A stretch of 64,000 bases of DNA from a virus, in the IMG/VR virus record IMGVR_UViG_3300045988_122191, positions 44,922 to 108,921 of that record; one strand, written 5' to 3'. How positions within the stretch are numbered: the first letter of the stretch is position 1; the number at the start of each line of letters is the position of its first letter. The position numbers and the translations under genes were made by a program. The notes under the pieces were generated by a model. That model was given only the letters and a program-made list of their open reading frames with translations. It searched no databases and had not been told where the DNA came from. Of this stretch, positions 63,717 to 64,000 are shown one piece after another.

Positions 63717-63820
63717 ATTATTCTCCTTGCTTTTATCTGAAACTATATATGGATTTGGATGTCAGTTGGCGATGCTGATCTCGGAGCCTGTTGCGGTGTA
63801 ATCCCAGTCTTGGCTTTTAT

Positions 63821-64000
63821 TGTTCGCCAGGATGTCGCTGCAGGTGGCGGATGTCGAACTTGTCGAACGAATATCCTTCTCGTTTTTTTTTGTTGGGAGG
63901 CTGCTCCTCATCAGAGAAGGGCTGTTTCTCATCAGAGAAGGGCTGTTTCTCGTCAGAGAAGATGCAACCTGGGTTGTTAAGCCTTCTTGGAGGTAGCAGA
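63821..64000 (-). CDS. 3' end of an upstream ORF (5' end lies beyond the window) with tandem PFSDEKQ repeats
   Basis: - strand frame open from the window edge: ...FSDEKQPFSDEKQPFSDEEQPPNKKKREGYSFDKFDIRHLQRHPGEQ*. Encoded by a 21-bp tandem repeat at 63903-63962. Confidence 0.35.
63903..63962. repeat. 21-bp tandem direct repeat (~2.7 copies)
   Basis: catcagagaagggctgtttct repeated; lies within the ORF upstream of the RT. Confidence 0.7.

Noticed and set aside
63903-63962. Tandem repeats considered as a CRISPR array or DGR template/variable repeats
   Set aside because: Only ~2.7 contiguous copies with no spacers, and they are in-frame coding sequence. The RT lacks DGR-type motif-4 features and no second diverged copy of a repeat was seen in the window.
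63759-63980. 73-aa + strand ORF upstream of the RT
   Set aside because: The opposite strand carries an open frame running in from the window edge with a coherent repeat-protein sequence. The + strand frame is a GC-rich artefact.

Overview
This window is a contiguous piece of a large temperate siphovirus-type phage (or excised prophage), apparently infecting an anaerobic, probably spore-forming Firmicute. The host inference rests on class III anaerobic RNR NrdDG, ThyX, a stand-alone Spo0A C-domain homologue, an EndoA-like MazF and a GH25 endolysin. Layout: (1) 1-17164 on the + strand carries the distal tail morphogenesis and lysis genes. These are a 2475-aa tape measure protein, Dit, a 1266-aa Tal/tail fibre, small membrane holin candidates, several unknown proteins and a GH25/PG_binding endolysin, followed by a rho-independent terminator. 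(2) 17266-17726 holds a perfect 52-bp palindrome and a non-coding region full of direct and inverted repeats, consistent with attP. (3) From 17727 to the window end essentially everything is on the - strand. The order is tyrosine integrase, excisionase-like HTH and ThyX. Next come an SPFH protein, an HD hydrolase, SHMT, a frameshifted phage-Dam-type N6-adenine methyltransferase and a PAPS-reductase-like PP-loop protein. Then dUTPase, NrdG, NrdD and a dNMP-kinase-like P-loop protein. Then DnaE, interrupted by an HNH homing-endonuclease intervening sequence. Then a primase-helicase carrying an intein in its TOPRIM domain, a C5-cytosine methyltransferase and a Cas4-like PD-(D/E)XK nuclease, SSB and Erf. 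Then a MazF/EndoA-family toxin, a second SPFH/flotillin-like protein and NAD-dependent DNA ligase. Then a Spo0A_C-like protein, a Lar-like restriction-alleviation protein, a Thg1-like protein, a PRTase-like protein and two radical-SAM enzymes. Finally dozens of small, often Cys-rich ORFs and a retron-type reverse transcriptase at the right edge. No tRNA, rRNA or CRISPR array was found. The points most worth following up are the RT locus at the window edge, the split dnaE, the primase intein, and the G6 homopolymer frameshift in the Dam-family methyltransferase. Also worth following are the antitoxin-less MazF, the Spo0A_C homologue, the Thg1-like/PRTase pair and the dense nucleotide-metabolism and possible DNA-modification gene set.
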